64,000 nt of DNA from Salinispira sp. (GTDB taxonomy: Bacteria > Spirochaetota > Spirochaetia > DSM-27196 > Salinispiraceae), in NCBI GenBank assembly GCA_965226555.1, contig CBDDDG010000010.1:128001-192000 (forward strand), in the 5' to 3' direction. Positions 19,291 to 29,825 of the stretch are shown here, piece by piece. The position numbers and the translations under genes are program-made. The first letter of the stretch is position 1, and each line of letters starts with the position of its first letter. The notes below the pieces were generated by a model, which worked only from the letters and a program-made list of their open reading frames with translations, searched no databases and was not told where the DNA came from.

Positions 19291-20615
19291 TCAAGTCCAT
19301 ACTCATAGCGAATCGCGGTGAAATCGCAGTTCGGGTAGTGAGGGCTTGTAAAGAACTGGGCATCCGTTCAATCGCAGTGTATTCCGAGGCCGATGCCGAT
19401 TCACTTCCCGTTAAAATTGCCGACCATGCCGTCTGTATCGGCCCCCCCCCGAGCACATTAAGCTATCTGCACATGAATAATCTCATATCTGCGGCCATTC
19501 TCTGTAATGCCGATGCCATACATCCGGGAGTCGGCTTTCTGAGTGAAAACGCAGTTTTCGCGCAGGAAGTACAAAAGGCAGGTCTCATCTGGATTGGTCC
19601 GCAACCGGAAACAATTGCCCGCATGGGCGATAAAATTGAAGCCAAACAAACCGCAAAAAAATACAATGTTCCGGTAATACCGGGCATTGAGGGCTCGGTG
19701 GATGATCCTGAAGCCGCAAAAGCAGCCGCCAATACAATGGACTACCCGGTAATAATAAAAGCTGCATCCGGCGGCGGCGGTAAGGGTATGCGGATAGTCC
19801 GCGAAGCCGAAGAGTTTGAAGACGCACTCAAACTTGCCTCTTCCGAAGCTCTTGCAGCCTTTAATGATGGAACTGTCTATCTTGAAAAATATCTGGAGAA
19901 TCCCCGGCATGTTGAGATACAAATTGTCGGAGACAGTCATGGCAATGTGGTGCACCTTGGAGAACGGGACTGTTCCTGTCAGAAAAATCATCAGAAACTT
20001 GTAGAAGAAAGCCCCTCAACTGTTGTAACACCCGAAATGCGCAGGAAAATGGGAAAAGATACGGTACGGCTATTCAAGGGTCTGAAGTACTGCGGCGCAG
20101 GAACAATTGAATTTCTCGTAACCGGCGGTAAATACTATTTCATGGAAGTAAACGCCCGGGTACAGGTTGAGCATCCTGTTACCGAACTTGTTACGGGAGT
20201 AGATATTATCCGGGAACAAATTCAGGCAGCCAGCGGTAAGGAACTCAGCATTACTCAGGAAGATGTAAACCTTGAGGGCTACGCGGTGGAATGCCGGGTC
20301 AACGCTATGGCTCCGGGCACAATATCCGATTACCTTCCGCCGGGCGGCTACGGAACACGAATTGACAGCTTTCTTTTCAATGGATATACCGTTGTTCCCT
20401 TCTACGATTCCATGATAGCAAAGGTTATTTGTTACGGAAGAACCCGTAATGAAGGACTTGATAGAATGAACCGCGTGCTCGATGAGTTCATCCTCTCAGG
20501 TATTGAAACAAACATTGATCTTCAGAAAAAGATCATTAATTCCCGAACATTCCGAAGTGGCGAATATGGAACCGATGTCCTTACTCACATACTCGCCGAG
20601 GAGGATTACATATGA
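19287..20615 (+). CDS. accC: biotin carboxylase
   Basis: ILIANRGEIAVR, GGGGKGMR, ERDCS.Q, FMEVNARVQVEHPVTE. Confidence 0.97.
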   Translation: MIKSILIANRGEIAVRVVRACKELGIRSIAVYSEADADSLPVKIADHAVCIGPPPSTLSYLHMNNLISAAILCNADAIHPGVGFLSENAVFAQEVQKAGLIWIGPQPETIARMGDKIEAKQTAKKYNVPVIPGIEGSVDDPEAAKAAANTMDYPVIIKAASGGGGKGMRIVREAEEFEDALKLASSEALAAFNDGTVYLEKYLENPRHVEIQIVGDSHGNVVHLGERDCSCQKNHQKLVEESPSTVVTPEMRRKMGKDTVRLFKGLKYCGAGTIEFLVTGGKYYFMEVNARVQVEHPVTELVTGVDIIREQIQAASGKELSITQEDVNLEGYAVECRVNAMAPGTISDYLPPGGYGTRIDSFLFNGYTVVPFYDSMIAKVICYGRTRNEGLDRMNRVLDEFILSGIETNIDLQKKIINSRTFRSGEYGTDVLTHILAEEDYI

Positions 20616-21493
20616 CAATTGGCATACCAAAAATCCTGCAGAAAGCGCTTAAGCGCAAAAGAATGCGGCGTCCGGTAGGTGAATTCTCTATTGCAGACGA
20701 CAGAGTATTTGTTCAGAAAGAGCATATGTGTCCAAACTGCAGCACCGAGCTGGATTCTGAGACCTTGAAGCGTAATTTATTCGTCTGTTCAACATGTCAG
20801 CATCATTTTCGTATATCGGCCCCCGAACGCCTCCATTTTCTTGCAGACAACGGGGAATATCATGAATTTGCGGCGGATATTACCAGCCTGAATCCGCTGG
20901 ACTTCCCCGAGTACGATACGAAAATCAAAAAGAGTCAGCAAAAAACCGGACTCCCTGAGGCAGTGCAAACTGCCGTCTGTCATATCGAAGGACGGAGGAC
21001 AGTTGTCGGTATTATGAATTTCCAATTTCTCGGGGGAAGTATGGGCTCGGTTGTCGGGGAGAAAATTGCGCGGGCAATGCTCCTCGCAGCAGAGCGGGAA
21101 CTGCCCTGTATACTTTTTACCGCTTCCGGCGGCGCGCGAATGCATGAAGGTATTTTTTCTCTCATGCAGATGGCAAAGACTTCCCATACTGCCGCTCTCC
21201 TTGAACAAAGCGGGCAGCCCCTGTTTATCGTACTTACCGATCCGACGACCGGAGGAGTTACCGCAAGTTTTGCCATGCTGGGAGATGTTACCCTTGCGGA
21301 ACCCGATGCGCTCATCGGCTTCGCGGGGCCTCGGGTCATTGAAGGCATTATGAAGCAAAAACTTCCCGCAGGTTTTCAAAAATCTGAATTTCAGCTTGAA
21401 AAAGGCTTTGTGGACAAAATTGTTCCGCGCCGGGAACTTCGAAAAACGCTTGCATATCTCATTGATACGCACAGGCAGGGAGGAGAACTTTAA
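20612..21493 (+). CDS. accD: acetyl-CoA carboxylase carboxyltransferase beta subunit
   Basis: Zn ribbon CPNC...CSTC, GGSMGSVVGEK, SGGARM, PTTGGVTASFA. Confidence 0.97.
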   Translation: MTIGIPKILQKALKRKRMRRPVGEFSIADDRVFVQKEHMCPNCSTELDSETLKRNLFVCSTCQHHFRISAPERLHFLADNGEYHEFAADITSLNPLDFPEYDTKIKKSQQKTGLPEAVQTAVCHIEGRRTVVGIMNFQFLGGSMGSVVGEKIARAMLLAAERELPCILFTASGGARMHEGIFSLMQMAKTSHTAALLEQSGQPLFIVLTDPTTGGVTASFAMLGDVTLAEPDALIGFAGPRVIEGIMKQKLPAGFQKSEFQLEKGFVDKIVPRRELRKTLAYLIDTHRQGGEL

Positions 21494-22464
21494 TGAAAGA
21501 TAAGGAACTGCAGGAAAAGGTCAAGGAACTTAAGGTTCTTGCCAATGAAAAGAAAATTGATATTCATGATGATCTGAACAGGATAGACGCAAAACTGAAT
21601 GGTGAACAAACGAAACTCAGCGCATGGCAGCGGGTTGAGCGCGCGCGGAATCAGGATCGTCCAAATGTTCTGGAGTACATTGAAAAAATAAGTGATAATT
21701 TTATTGAATTGCATGGCGACCGCGCATTCGCCGATGACAGTGCTCTTGTCGGCGGCATAAGTACCATTAACGGCGTATACTTTACCTTCATGGGCCATCA
21801 GAAGGGCAGAACCATGAAGGAAAACCTTCGCCGCAATTACGGCTGGGCGCATCCTGAGGGCTACCGCAAGGCCTTCCGCCTTGCCCGGCAGGCTGAAAAA
21901 TTCCATAGACCCATACTTTCCCTCATTGATACTGCGGGAGCATACCCCGGCATTGGGAGCGAGGAACGGGGAATTTCGGAGGCCATTGCCGCTAATCTTA
22001 AAATGTTTTCGGTGCTCAAAACGCCTATTATTGTTATCATCATTGGCGAGGGCGGTTCAGGCGGAGCCCTCGGTATTGGTATAGGCGACCGGGTGTACAT
22101 GATGGAAAATGCGACATACTCGGTCATAAGTCCTGAGGGCTTTGCATCCATCCTTCTCAGAGATGCCTCAAAAAACAAAACTGCTGCCGATCTCATGAAG
22201 ATGACCGCAAAGCACCTCTACAAATTTGGCATTATCGATGGGATTATTGCCGAACCTACCGAGGGCGCGCACGCGAATCCGGATCTTTGCGCCGCAAACA
22301 TAAAGCAGACTATTCTGAGCGCCTGGTCCGAGCTGAAAGAGAAAAAACCAGAGCTCCTTCTCAAGGAACGAAGCCAGAAACTGCTCCAGCTCGGAGTCTT
22401 TGAAGACCCGCGTAACGGCCACGACTCAGGTTTCCTCAAACGCTTACTGAAAAAGCGCCAATAA
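21493..22464 (+). CDS. accA: acetyl-CoA carboxylase carboxyltransferase alpha subunit
   Basis: ELHGDR, PEGYRKA, IDTAGAYPG, GEGGSGGAL, YSVISPEG. Confidence 0.97.
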   Translation: MKDKELQEKVKELKVLANEKKIDIHDDLNRIDAKLNGEQTKLSAWQRVERARNQDRPNVLEYIEKISDNFIELHGDRAFADDSALVGGISTINGVYFTFMGHQKGRTMKENLRRNYGWAHPEGYRKAFRLARQAEKFHRPILSLIDTAGAYPGIGSEERGISEAIAANLKMFSVLKTPIIVIIIGEGGSGGALGIGIGDRVYMMENATYSVISPEGFASILLRDASKNKTAADLMKMTAKHLYKFGIIDGIIAEPTEGAHANPDLCAANIKQTILSAWSELKEKKPELLLKERSQKLLQLGVFEDPRNGHDSGFLKRLLKKRQ

Positions 22465-22574
22465 CAGCCTGTATGGAATATCGCGCCTGCGCAAAGCTCA
22501 GCCAGGGGAGGCTGAGCGGGATTGTCAGAACTCAGTTCGGGTATCACCTCATAAAACTGACAGGGCGCAGGTAA

Positions 22575-23726
22575 TTGAAGAAGCGCCCCGTTGTTGCCGC
22601 GCTTATTTTGCTCATTGCCGGACTCTCTGAAACAGGAAGTCTGCCGCCCGATACCCTGCCATCTCTCACATTATCCTTTGTCGGCGATATTATGGCTCAT
22701 ACGCCGAATTTCACCATGAATGGTTACGACAGAATTTACCGGGCTGTCTCCCGCCCTCTTCTCTCAGATGATCTCAGTTTTGCGAATTTGGAATTTGTGG
22801 TTGATGAACAGCGCCCAATGAGCAGCTACCCCCGCTTCAATGTTCATTCATCCTATGTTGAAGCGGCCGTTCGGGCAGGTTTCGATGTTTTTTCGCTGGC
22901 AAACAATCATAGTAACGACTACGGAGCCGCAGGTATCGAACAGACAATGCGGAGCATCGAAGCAATTTTCGCGGCAGCCGACCGCCCGCTCTTTGCATCG
23001 GGATTACGAAGAAACAGAAATAGCCCAATGCGCGTTGAATCGATACATTATGAAAACTGGCGCATCGGCTTTCTGTCGGTCAGCGGTATGAGTAACACCG
23101 GGGGAAACAGCAGGCTGTATTTTGTTCCTTCGGAAAATGACGATGCGGTTGGTGAGCTGCTCCATTTCATTGAGACATGGAGGCCGCTGTACGATCTCTT
23201 CATTCTTTCATGGCATGGCGGTGTTGAATATCAGCTTACTCCGGCGCAGGAGAAGGTTGAGTTGTTCCATGCTCTCATGGGCGCCGGGGTGGATATTCTC
23301 TGGGGGCACCACCCCCATGTCCTGCAGCCGCTTGAGTTCTCCGTCCGCAACGACATGCGCAGAGGCATTATTATGTACTCGCTCGGAAATTTTATTAGTT
23401 CTCAGCCCACGACGCTTGGGCCGAACGATTGGAACACTACCCGCGCATACACCGGCGACTCAGCCATTGTTCAGCTCAGTATCCGCATGACAAAGACGGG
23501 AGTAAGCATAGCCGATGTTGAACTTCTCCCCATAACTCACTTGCAGCATTTTGCGGAGCCGGCATTCACCGAAGGGCAGGGCTTTGAAACACATTTCAGC
23601 GGCATGGCTGCGCAGGCAGCTTCATTGCCATGGAAAGAATTCTACTACCGAAGAGCTGAGACAATGCGAAAACTGACTCATTCCTTCCTCAGCCCCTACG
23701 AAGGAATTGATGCTTTTGCGCCATAG
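22575..23726 (+). CDS. CapA family metallophosphoesterase (poly-gamma-glutamate synthesis protein-like)
   Basis: FVGDIM, ANLE, LANNHSNDYG, HGGVEY, GHHPHVLQP, YSLGNF. Confidence 0.92.
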   Translation: MKKRPVVAALILLIAGLSETGSLPPDTLPSLTLSFVGDIMAHTPNFTMNGYDRIYRAVSRPLLSDDLSFANLEFVVDEQRPMSSYPRFNVHSSYVEAAVRAGFDVFSLANNHSNDYGAAGIEQTMRSIEAIFAAADRPLFASGLRRNRNSPMRVESIHYENWRIGFLSVSGMSNTGGNSRLYFVPSENDDAVGELLHFIETWRPLYDLFILSWHGGVEYQLTPAQEKVELFHALMGAGVDILWGHHPHVLQPLEFSVRNDMRRGIIMYSLGNFISSQPTTLGPNDWNTTRAYTGDSAIVQLSIRMTKTGVSIADVELLPITHLQHFAEPAFTEGQGFETHFSGMAAQAASLPWKEFYYRRAETMRKLTHSFLSPYEGIDAFAP

Positions 23727-23833
23727 GCAGCCGGGGCTTGTTGATTTTTGGGCGGATTCTCTGTTGTTTTTTTGGTGATTTTTCTGGTGATTCCCGGGCG
23801 GTTCAGGTCGCGGTTGATTTTTGGGCGGCTATC

Positions 23834-24220
23834 TCATCCATTTTCCGGAAAAAATTCGGGGAATTCGTAGACGACCCGGCCTGAATCTTCCACTTCCATA
23901 AAGATATGAACATGATCTATGAGAGAATTCATCCGCTTTTCAACCTCGGTCATCGATAATCCTGAATCGACAACGATATATGCGGGAGTGAGCCGCCCCT
24001 TCTTTTTTACTGCCAGACGGTATACATATACTTCAAATTCTTCACTACTGACTCGCTTCCCGGGATTCCTTCCGACAGGAAGCAGGTTCAGGAACCCTCT
24101 GGGGCGCAGCGGATGTGCGTTGGAAATGCGCCGATAATTAATTATGCGGAGAAAGCGTATGAGAAGGGAAATGACGAGAAAGGGAATGAGTATGGCAAGG
24201 GGAAAAAAGATAAACCACAT
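23834..24220 (-). CDS. hypothetical membrane-anchored protein with winged-helix-like C-terminus
   Basis: N-terminal TM helix; 'KKGRLT...SGLS..EVE...L....G.VVYEFPE' pattern. Confidence 0.7.
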   Translation of the reverse strand: MWFIFFPLAILIPFLVISLLIRFLRIINYRRISNAHPLRPRGFLNLLPVGRNPGKRVSSEEFEVYVYRLAVKKKGRLTPAYIVVDSGLSMTEVEKRMNSLIDHVHIFMEVEDSGRVVYEFPEFFPENG

Positions 24221-24296
24221 AAGTTTCTATAAGAATAGTGCATCATCGTGATTGGGACAATACCAATTCAGCCCACGGGAATTGATTGCAGTTTGT

Positions 24297-24878
24297 TTAT
24301 ATTTCAATGACTGATGTTACATTGCCGTCTTCGTCATAATCAAAATAAATTCGGCTTCCGCCTTCATATATGACGCCGTCTATTGTCGTATCCTCGGCAA
24401 GGATTACAATGTTTACATTTCCGTTGTTATAAAAAAATAGTACTGTGTCGGCCGCATATGTTATACCGTCTATGGTCGTATTCTCGGAAAGGATTCTGGA
24501 GAGTATCTGCCCGTTTTCGTAAAACTGGATAGAACCTTTTACATAGGTTATGCCGTCTATGGTCGTATTCTTGGCAAGGGTTCCAGATTCTACATTTCCG
24601 TTTTCATAAAAAAATAGTGATGTTCCGGCCGCATATGTTCTACCGTTTATGGTCGTATTCTTGGCAAGTTCTCCAAACTCTACATTTCCGTTTTCATAAT
24701 ATACAGGGTTGCCTTCATAGGTTATGCTGTCGGTTTCCGTTTCCGGGTTGGTTTCTGTTTTTTCACCACATGCCATGAATAAGCCCGTTAGTAGCAGGCA
24801 AAAAATGATAGAAATTTTTGCATAAAGCAAAAGTTTCCGATCTGGAATGCTTTCTCTGATAGTAAATAATATTTTCAT
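24297..24878 (-). CDS. repeat lipoprotein (FYENGN...L..NTTI.G..Y repeats)
   Basis: Lipobox LFMAC; four to five ~29-30 aa repeats, also visible at DNA level. Confidence 0.8.
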   Translation of the reverse strand: MKILFTIRESIPDRKLLLYAKISIIFCLLLTGLFMACGEKTETNPETETDSITYEGNPVYYENGNVEFGELAKNTTINGRTYAAGTSLFFYENGNVESGTLAKNTTIDGITYVKGSIQFYENGQILSRILSENTTIDGITYAADTVLFFYNNGNVNIVILAEDTTIDGVIYEGGSRIYFDYDEDGNVTSVIEI

Positions 24879-25199
24879 GCTTCCTGTATAAAATATTTTG
24901 CAGGGGTCTGTCAAGCCTTTTTGCAAACATTTTGTGGGGTTTTGTGAGAACATTTTGCAAACATAGCAAGGAAAAAATTGCTTTTTTCAAAACGTTTCTA
25001 TTTGAATGAATCTATAACTTCTTCGAGTGTTTCTATATTTTCATGTAATTCAAGTATTTCCCCCACCGCTAGGGTCATATAGTTGTTGGAAAATGAAGAA
25101 TCGTGATAGGGTAAAAAGTTATGTTGAAATTCACACTGATCTTGCTTCGATTTAACGGACACTCTTCTAAGCACGATACTATAGGGAGAGGAGAGTGTT

Positions 25200-25490
25200 A
25201 TGGAAACACGGAAAGTCAGAAAATTCTATGATGAGGATTTTAAGGAACAGGCTGTGGAGCTTGCCAAAGAAATTGGCACGAAGCAGGCGACGGAAAAGCT
25301 GGGTATAGCAAGTTATCATACCCTCGCGAAATGGGTTCGGAACGACCAGAAAGGTCCCGAGTTTCGGGAACTTCAGGAAGCCCTGGCCGAGAACAAACGA
25401 TTGAGAAAGGAACTGCGCGCCGAGAAAAAGGCGGTGGCAATACTCAATGATGCAATGGTTTTTTTTTGCAGAAAGGAGAGCCTGAAATGA
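25200..25490 (+). CDS. IS3 transposase OrfA
   Basis: YDEDFKEQAV...HTH...L..WV, leucine-zipper ENKRLRKEL. Confidence 0.93.
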   Translation: METRKVRKFYDEDFKEQAVELAKEIGTKQATEKLGIASYHTLAKWVRNDQKGPEFRELQEALAENKRLRKELRAEKKAVAILNDAMVFFCRKESLK

Positions 25491-26371
25491 AGTATCGAGG
25501 AATTGAGCAGCTGAAGCAGACCGGACATGCTGTTGCACCATGCTGCAAACTTCTGAAGGTGTCCAGCTCGGGATTCTATGACTGGCTTAAGAGAGAACCG
25601 TCCAAAAACACCCGCAGGGATGATGAGCTTACGGGTAAAATCCTGCGTGTGTATACTGAAAATAAGGGATGCTACGGTTCGCCCCGAATTCACCGGCTGC
25701 TGCATCTTCATGGTGAAGCAATCGGGAGGAACCGAGTCGCCCGGCTTATGAGGGAATCGGGGCTCAATGCGGGGAGAACGAAGGCATATCGCCCGCGAAC
25801 AACAATGAGCAATCCATCCCAGAAGAAGTCTCCGCGGGTGTTTCGCATTGAAAGCTCCACGGTTACGAAAGCGAATGAGGTCTGGGCATCGGACCTCACG
25901 TACCTGCCCGCCGGCGCAGGATTTGCGTACCTTGTTGTGGTTCTGGACATCTATACCCGGGAAATTACGGGCTGGAATGTCAGTGATTCCATGGAGAGCA
26001 CACAGACGGAAAAGGCTCTGTTACAGGCCGTACGGAGAACTCCCGGGGAGTTGAATAGCTTGGTCTTTCATTCAGATCAGGGAACGCAGTATTGCGCGCA
26101 GAGCATTCGAGACAAACTGGAAATGTTACATATTACCCAGTCGATGTCGAGAAGGGGGAATTGCTACGATAATGCCTTTGTGGAAAGTTTTTTCCACACG
26201 CTGAAGAATGAGCTTGGTAAGCCGAGGTTTCAGAACCTTCAGGAGGCGCGGAAGATAGTTTTTGAATACATCAACTGGTATAACCGAGAGAGGCTTCATT
26301 CTTCTCTTGACTATATGAGTCCGATGAATTATGCTTTGAAAACAGCAGGAGAATCCTGTTGTGTTGCTTAG
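25487..26371 (+). CDS. IS3 transposase OrfB (DDE)
   Basis: YGSPRI, WASDLTY, HSDQGTQY, SRRGNCYDNAFVESFF; -1 frame relative to OrfA, ATGA overlap and a T-run at ~25459-25467. Confidence 0.95.
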   Translation: MKYRGIEQLKQTGHAVAPCCKLLKVSSSGFYDWLKREPSKNTRRDDELTGKILRVYTENKGCYGSPRIHRLLHLHGEAIGRNRVARLMRESGLNAGRTKAYRPRTTMSNPSQKKSPRVFRIESSTVTKANEVWASDLTYLPAGAGFAYLVVVLDIYTREITGWNVSDSMESTQTEKALLQAVRRTPGELNSLVFHSDQGTQYCAQSIRDKLEMLHITQSMSRRGNCYDNAFVESFFHTLKNELGKPRFQNLQEARKIVFEYINWYNRERLHSSLDYMSPMNYALKTAGESCCVA

Positions 26372-26870
26372 CGGATTGTCCGAATTTTCGAAGCAAGATC
26401 AACACATTATTCCAAGCAACCGTTCTCTTTTTTCCAACGCCGCTTCATACACAGCTTTTTTATTAAACCATTTGTTAAAAATATGTTGCGGAGGCACCCG
26501 TAACTCAAGCGCCAAACGGCCTTTTTCATTAATAATAGCGTGTATCTCATTTGCGTTCATTTCTGTTGTATCGTATGTTGTATAATTACTGACTCCTACA
26601 CACTCCAAATCAATAATTTCATTAAATGAAAGGTATTGAGAATATACATTTGTTATGCCAAATGATATGAGCAATAACAAAGCAACAATACAGTTTTTCA
26701 TATTCACCTCAGCTTGCGATGTTGCGCGGCAACAGTCTCAGAAATTCTATACTATGTTAACATACTCAGAAAAATACTGTCAATCCCCCACTGTGGGTCA
26801 TGGCCAATTCAACCATAAGCGCACACCTTTCCGCCCTCTGAGATATAGTGAGTATAGAAAAAATATTCAA

Positions 26871-28370
26871 TCAGGGCGCTGCGTGATCGTTCCAAGATTT
26901 CATCCAGTGATGATATTGTTCGGTATATTCCTCATGCTTCAGGGGATTCGGCTCAAAATGTTTCGCAATGGTAACGAGTCCTTCGACTCCTTCGGTAAGT
27001 GAGGCGAAATATCCAAGCCCTATGAAGCCCATTATTGCCGAGCCGGTAAGTTCCGCATCCTCAATGCGGGGAACCTCTATGCGTGTAGAGGAAATATCTG
27101 CCTTCATCTGACACCAGAGATCATTTTTTGCCTGCCCGCCGCAACTGCGCATGGAAGTAATAGCGCATCCGAGGGCATTCATACGCTCAAGGGTCATCCT
27201 TATACCGAAGGCAATGGCATTGATAATGGCCAGACCACATTCGGCGCTGCCGTGGTTCGGCTGCAGTCCGGCAAAAATACCTCCGTTGAACTCCCAGTCA
27301 TCAATGGTATGAACCGAGGGGAAAAATTGCGGAACCGAGCCGGAAACAGCGAGAACCTTTTTCATCATATCGATATATGAAACATCCTGTTGATGCGATA
27401 TCTGCCTGAACCACTCAAATATACGGCCAGTACCCGAGAGGATTCCCGCAATGTTATAGTAGCCCTCCCGCAGGTGGGGAATGAGCTGTACATGCCTGCG
27501 CATACGCGGCTGCGGGAAGCGGGGCGCTTTCCGGCTGCAATAATTTATTCCCTCTGAGGTGCCGGCGCGGTCGCAGCACAGTCCATCTTCAATAACGCCC
27601 GTACCGAGGAGGCTCATGAGAAAATCGGAGGAGCTGCAGATAACAGGCAGCCCTTCCGGAAGCCCTGAAACATCCGCCCCCGTTCTGTCTACCGTTCCGA
27701 TTACCTCTCCCGGACGGCGGTAGGCGGGGAAGAGGGATGATGAAAGGCCGTAGGTCTTCAGCGATTGTTCCGTCCAGATATATTCGCTGAATTCTTCGGT
27801 GGGTGATATTGCGCATTCGCTTCCGCAGAGTACCCAGGTAATGTATTCGGCAGTGGAGAGAAAACGGCAGGTTTTTTTGAAACCGGCAGGGTCATGTTCC
27901 CGCAGATAGTTAATTTTCGGGAGGTACATGCTCTTCCCGCCTTCAATGCTCAGGTTAGCGGAGGTCATCCAGAGAAGTACCGGCCAGTGCGCGCGGCGTT
28001 GGTCGGCGTACTGGCTGCTGAGCATAACAAGCGATGGCCCGTTTCCGCTTATGCTTATTGCATTGGGTATCAGCGGGGCGCGGGAGGCGCGGGCGTTGGG
28101 GGCGCGGGTGCGCGTTCCGGCGCTACTGCGCATTTCAGGGGCGCTGGCGTTGGGGCGGGAGCGCGTTCCGGCAAAGGTTGAAAAATCGCTCAGGAGTTCT
28201 TCCATGGCGAAAAGCCACTGTGACGTATGCCAATTATGGTAATTGGGAACCTGTGGAAAAACTCTGCGCCCGCTCCACAACAGGTTCCCCTCCAGATCAA
28301 TAAGCCCCGCCTTGAGCGATGATGTACCGAAGTCCAGAGCAAAAACTGTGGGCAATTGTTCCCTGCTCAT
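26871..28370 (-). CDS. FGGY-family carbohydrate kinase (xylulokinase-like)
   Basis: LDFGTSSLKAG, AGTS, CGGQAKNDLWCQMKAD. Confidence 0.88.
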   Translation of the reverse strand: MSREQLPTVFALDFGTSSLKAGLIDLEGNLLWSGRRVFPQVPNYHNWHTSQWLFAMEELLSDFSTFAGTRSRPNASAPEMRSSAGTRTRAPNARASRAPLIPNAISISGNGPSLVMLSSQYADQRRAHWPVLLWMTSANLSIEGGKSMYLPKINYLREHDPAGFKKTCRFLSTAEYITWVLCGSECAISPTEEFSEYIWTEQSLKTYGLSSSLFPAYRRPGEVIGTVDRTGADVSGLPEGLPVICSSSDFLMSLLGTGVIEDGLCCDRAGTSEGINYCSRKAPRFPQPRMRRHVQLIPHLREGYYNIAGILSGTGRIFEWFRQISHQQDVSYIDMMKKVLAVSGSVPQFFPSVHTIDDWEFNGGIFAGLQPNHGSAECGLAIINAIAFGIRMTLERMNALGCAITSMRSCGGQAKNDLWCQMKADISSTRIEVPRIEDAELTGSAIMGFIGLGYFASLTEGVEGLVTIAKHFEPNPLKHEEYTEQYHHWMKSWNDHAAP

Positions 28371-29779
28371 AATGCGCTTGTGCGCGCCCCATCGCCGAGA
28401 AGACGCGCCCCTTCACCGAGAAGACGCGCCCCTTCACCGAGAAGGTTCTTCAGAGCGGTAAAATGCTGTTCTTCCTGTTTTTTCTGTATTTTGCTGAGTC
28501 GGGAAAGATCACTTTTTGCCTGCTCCAGACCAAGCTGGGCAGGATAGCCCCTGACTGCCCGGCTCTGAAGGGTCTCATCGATATTATATGTTTTCAGTTT
28601 GTCGAGATGGGCGGCAACATGATGATAGGCCTCCCTGAAGGGCATGCCCTCTTCTACAAGCCGTAGTGCTTCGTCTGTTGCAAAAATTTCTGAGCGGTGG
28701 GCAGCGCGAAGTGCATCTTCATGCAGAACAAGCTTATTAAAAACGAGTTCGGCAACCTGTATGGACTGGAGAGTATTTTCAAGGCACGCCAGAAAGGGTT
28801 CCTTAATGTCCTGAAAATCCCGATTATATCCGCTGGGCAGCGCGCGGATAATCAGCTTTATTTCTGCCGAGCGGGACGATATACCTGCAAGGCGCGAACG
28901 AAGCAGTTCCAGCCCATCGGGGTTTTTTTTCTGCGGCATAATGGATGATCCTGTGCACAGTTCAGGCGGAAGCGTAAAATAGGCAAATTCAGGAAGCGAG
29001 AAAAGAATGAGATCCTGCGCCATCTTGCTCAGCACCAGTCCGCTCTGATCCAGCGCATCGCAGATCATCGCCTCAAGACGTCCCCGTGAATTCTGTACAG
29101 CAATGACATTGTTCTGTACAGAAGGAAAGCCCATAATACCGGCGCTGTAGTCTCTATCAATTTTCAAAGGAACCCCATACCCCGCAGCAGTTCCCAGCGG
29201 CGAACGATTGAACAGGCCGCAGGCCGCTTCCAGAAACTGGGCGCCGTCAATGAGCTCTTCGGCAAAGGCCGATGCCCACAGGCCGACACTTGAGGGCATG
29301 GCAAGTTGAAGATGAGTGCGCCCGGGCATGGGAACAGCAGCATGCTTTTCGGCAAAGGCAATAAGTGCCCCAATGAGCGCGCAGAGCGCCGCCTGAATTG
29401 CCAGAACATATTCCCGACCGTAGAGACGCAGCGCAGTAAGCGACTGGTCATTGCGCGAACGCCCGAGATGAATGCGCTTTCCCGCATCGCCCAATTCCTC
29501 CGTCAGTATTTCTTCAATAAAGGTATGGCAATCCTCCTGAGCAATGCTAATTTCAATGCTGCCTTCATGAAAGCGCCGGTATATCTTTTTCAGTACCCCT
29601 TCGAGCGAGCGCAGGTTTTCGGTACTGAGATATCCCTGCTTATGGAGCATCCGCGCATGGGCAATACTTCCGGCGCAATCTGCTGCAGTGAGCTTTCGGT
29701 CAATGAGGTAATCCTGTCCAACGGTGAAACGCTCCATGAGTTCATCTACGCTGTTTATTTTCTGCCAGAGTTTTGCCAT
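28367..29779 (-). CDS. argH: argininosuccinate lyase
   Basis: GRSRNDQ, MPGRTHLQ, TGSSIMPQKKNPD, LPSGYNRD. Confidence 0.96.
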   Translation of the reverse strand: MAKLWQKINSVDELMERFTVGQDYLIDRKLTAADCAGSIAHARMLHKQGYLSTENLRSLEGVLKKIYRRFHEGSIEISIAQEDCHTFIEEILTEELGDAGKRIHLGRSRNDQSLTALRLYGREYVLAIQAALCALIGALIAFAEKHAAVPMPGRTHLQLAMPSSVGLWASAFAEELIDGAQFLEAACGLFNRSPLGTAAGYGVPLKIDRDYSAGIMGFPSVQNNVIAVQNSRGRLEAMICDALDQSGLVLSKMAQDLILFSLPEFAYFTLPPELCTGSSIMPQKKNPDGLELLRSRLAGISSRSAEIKLIIRALPSGYNRDFQDIKEPFLACLENTLQSIQVAELVFNKLVLHEDALRAAHRSEIFATDEALRLVEEGMPFREAYHHVAAHLDKLKTYNIDETLQSRAVRGYPAQLGLEQAKSDLSRLSKIQKKQEEQHFTALKNLLGEGARLLGEGARLLGDGARTSAL

Positions 29780-29825
29780 GTACGTACACTATCCTATTTC
29801 ATGTACTCTGTATATCATTGAAGAT

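Larger units (their letters stand above)
25137..26401 (+). mobile_element. IS3-family insertion sequence
   Basis: TG...CA ends, TIR tgatcttgcttcga / tcgaagcaagatca, 4-bp target duplication ACAC (25133-36, 26402-05). Confidence 0.96.
24998..26707 (-). pseudogene. secreted hypothetical protein split by IS3 insertion
   Basis: Removing the IS and one ACAC copy joins ...LLGIMC in frame to EFQHNFLPYHDSS...EEVIDSFK* (stop 24998-25000). Confidence 0.85.

Noticed and set aside
23740..23828. 16-bp direct repeat gttgatttttgggcgg between capA and the next gene
   Set aside because: Only two copies in low-complexity intergenic DNA; no enclosed element, so not supportable as an att site or TSD
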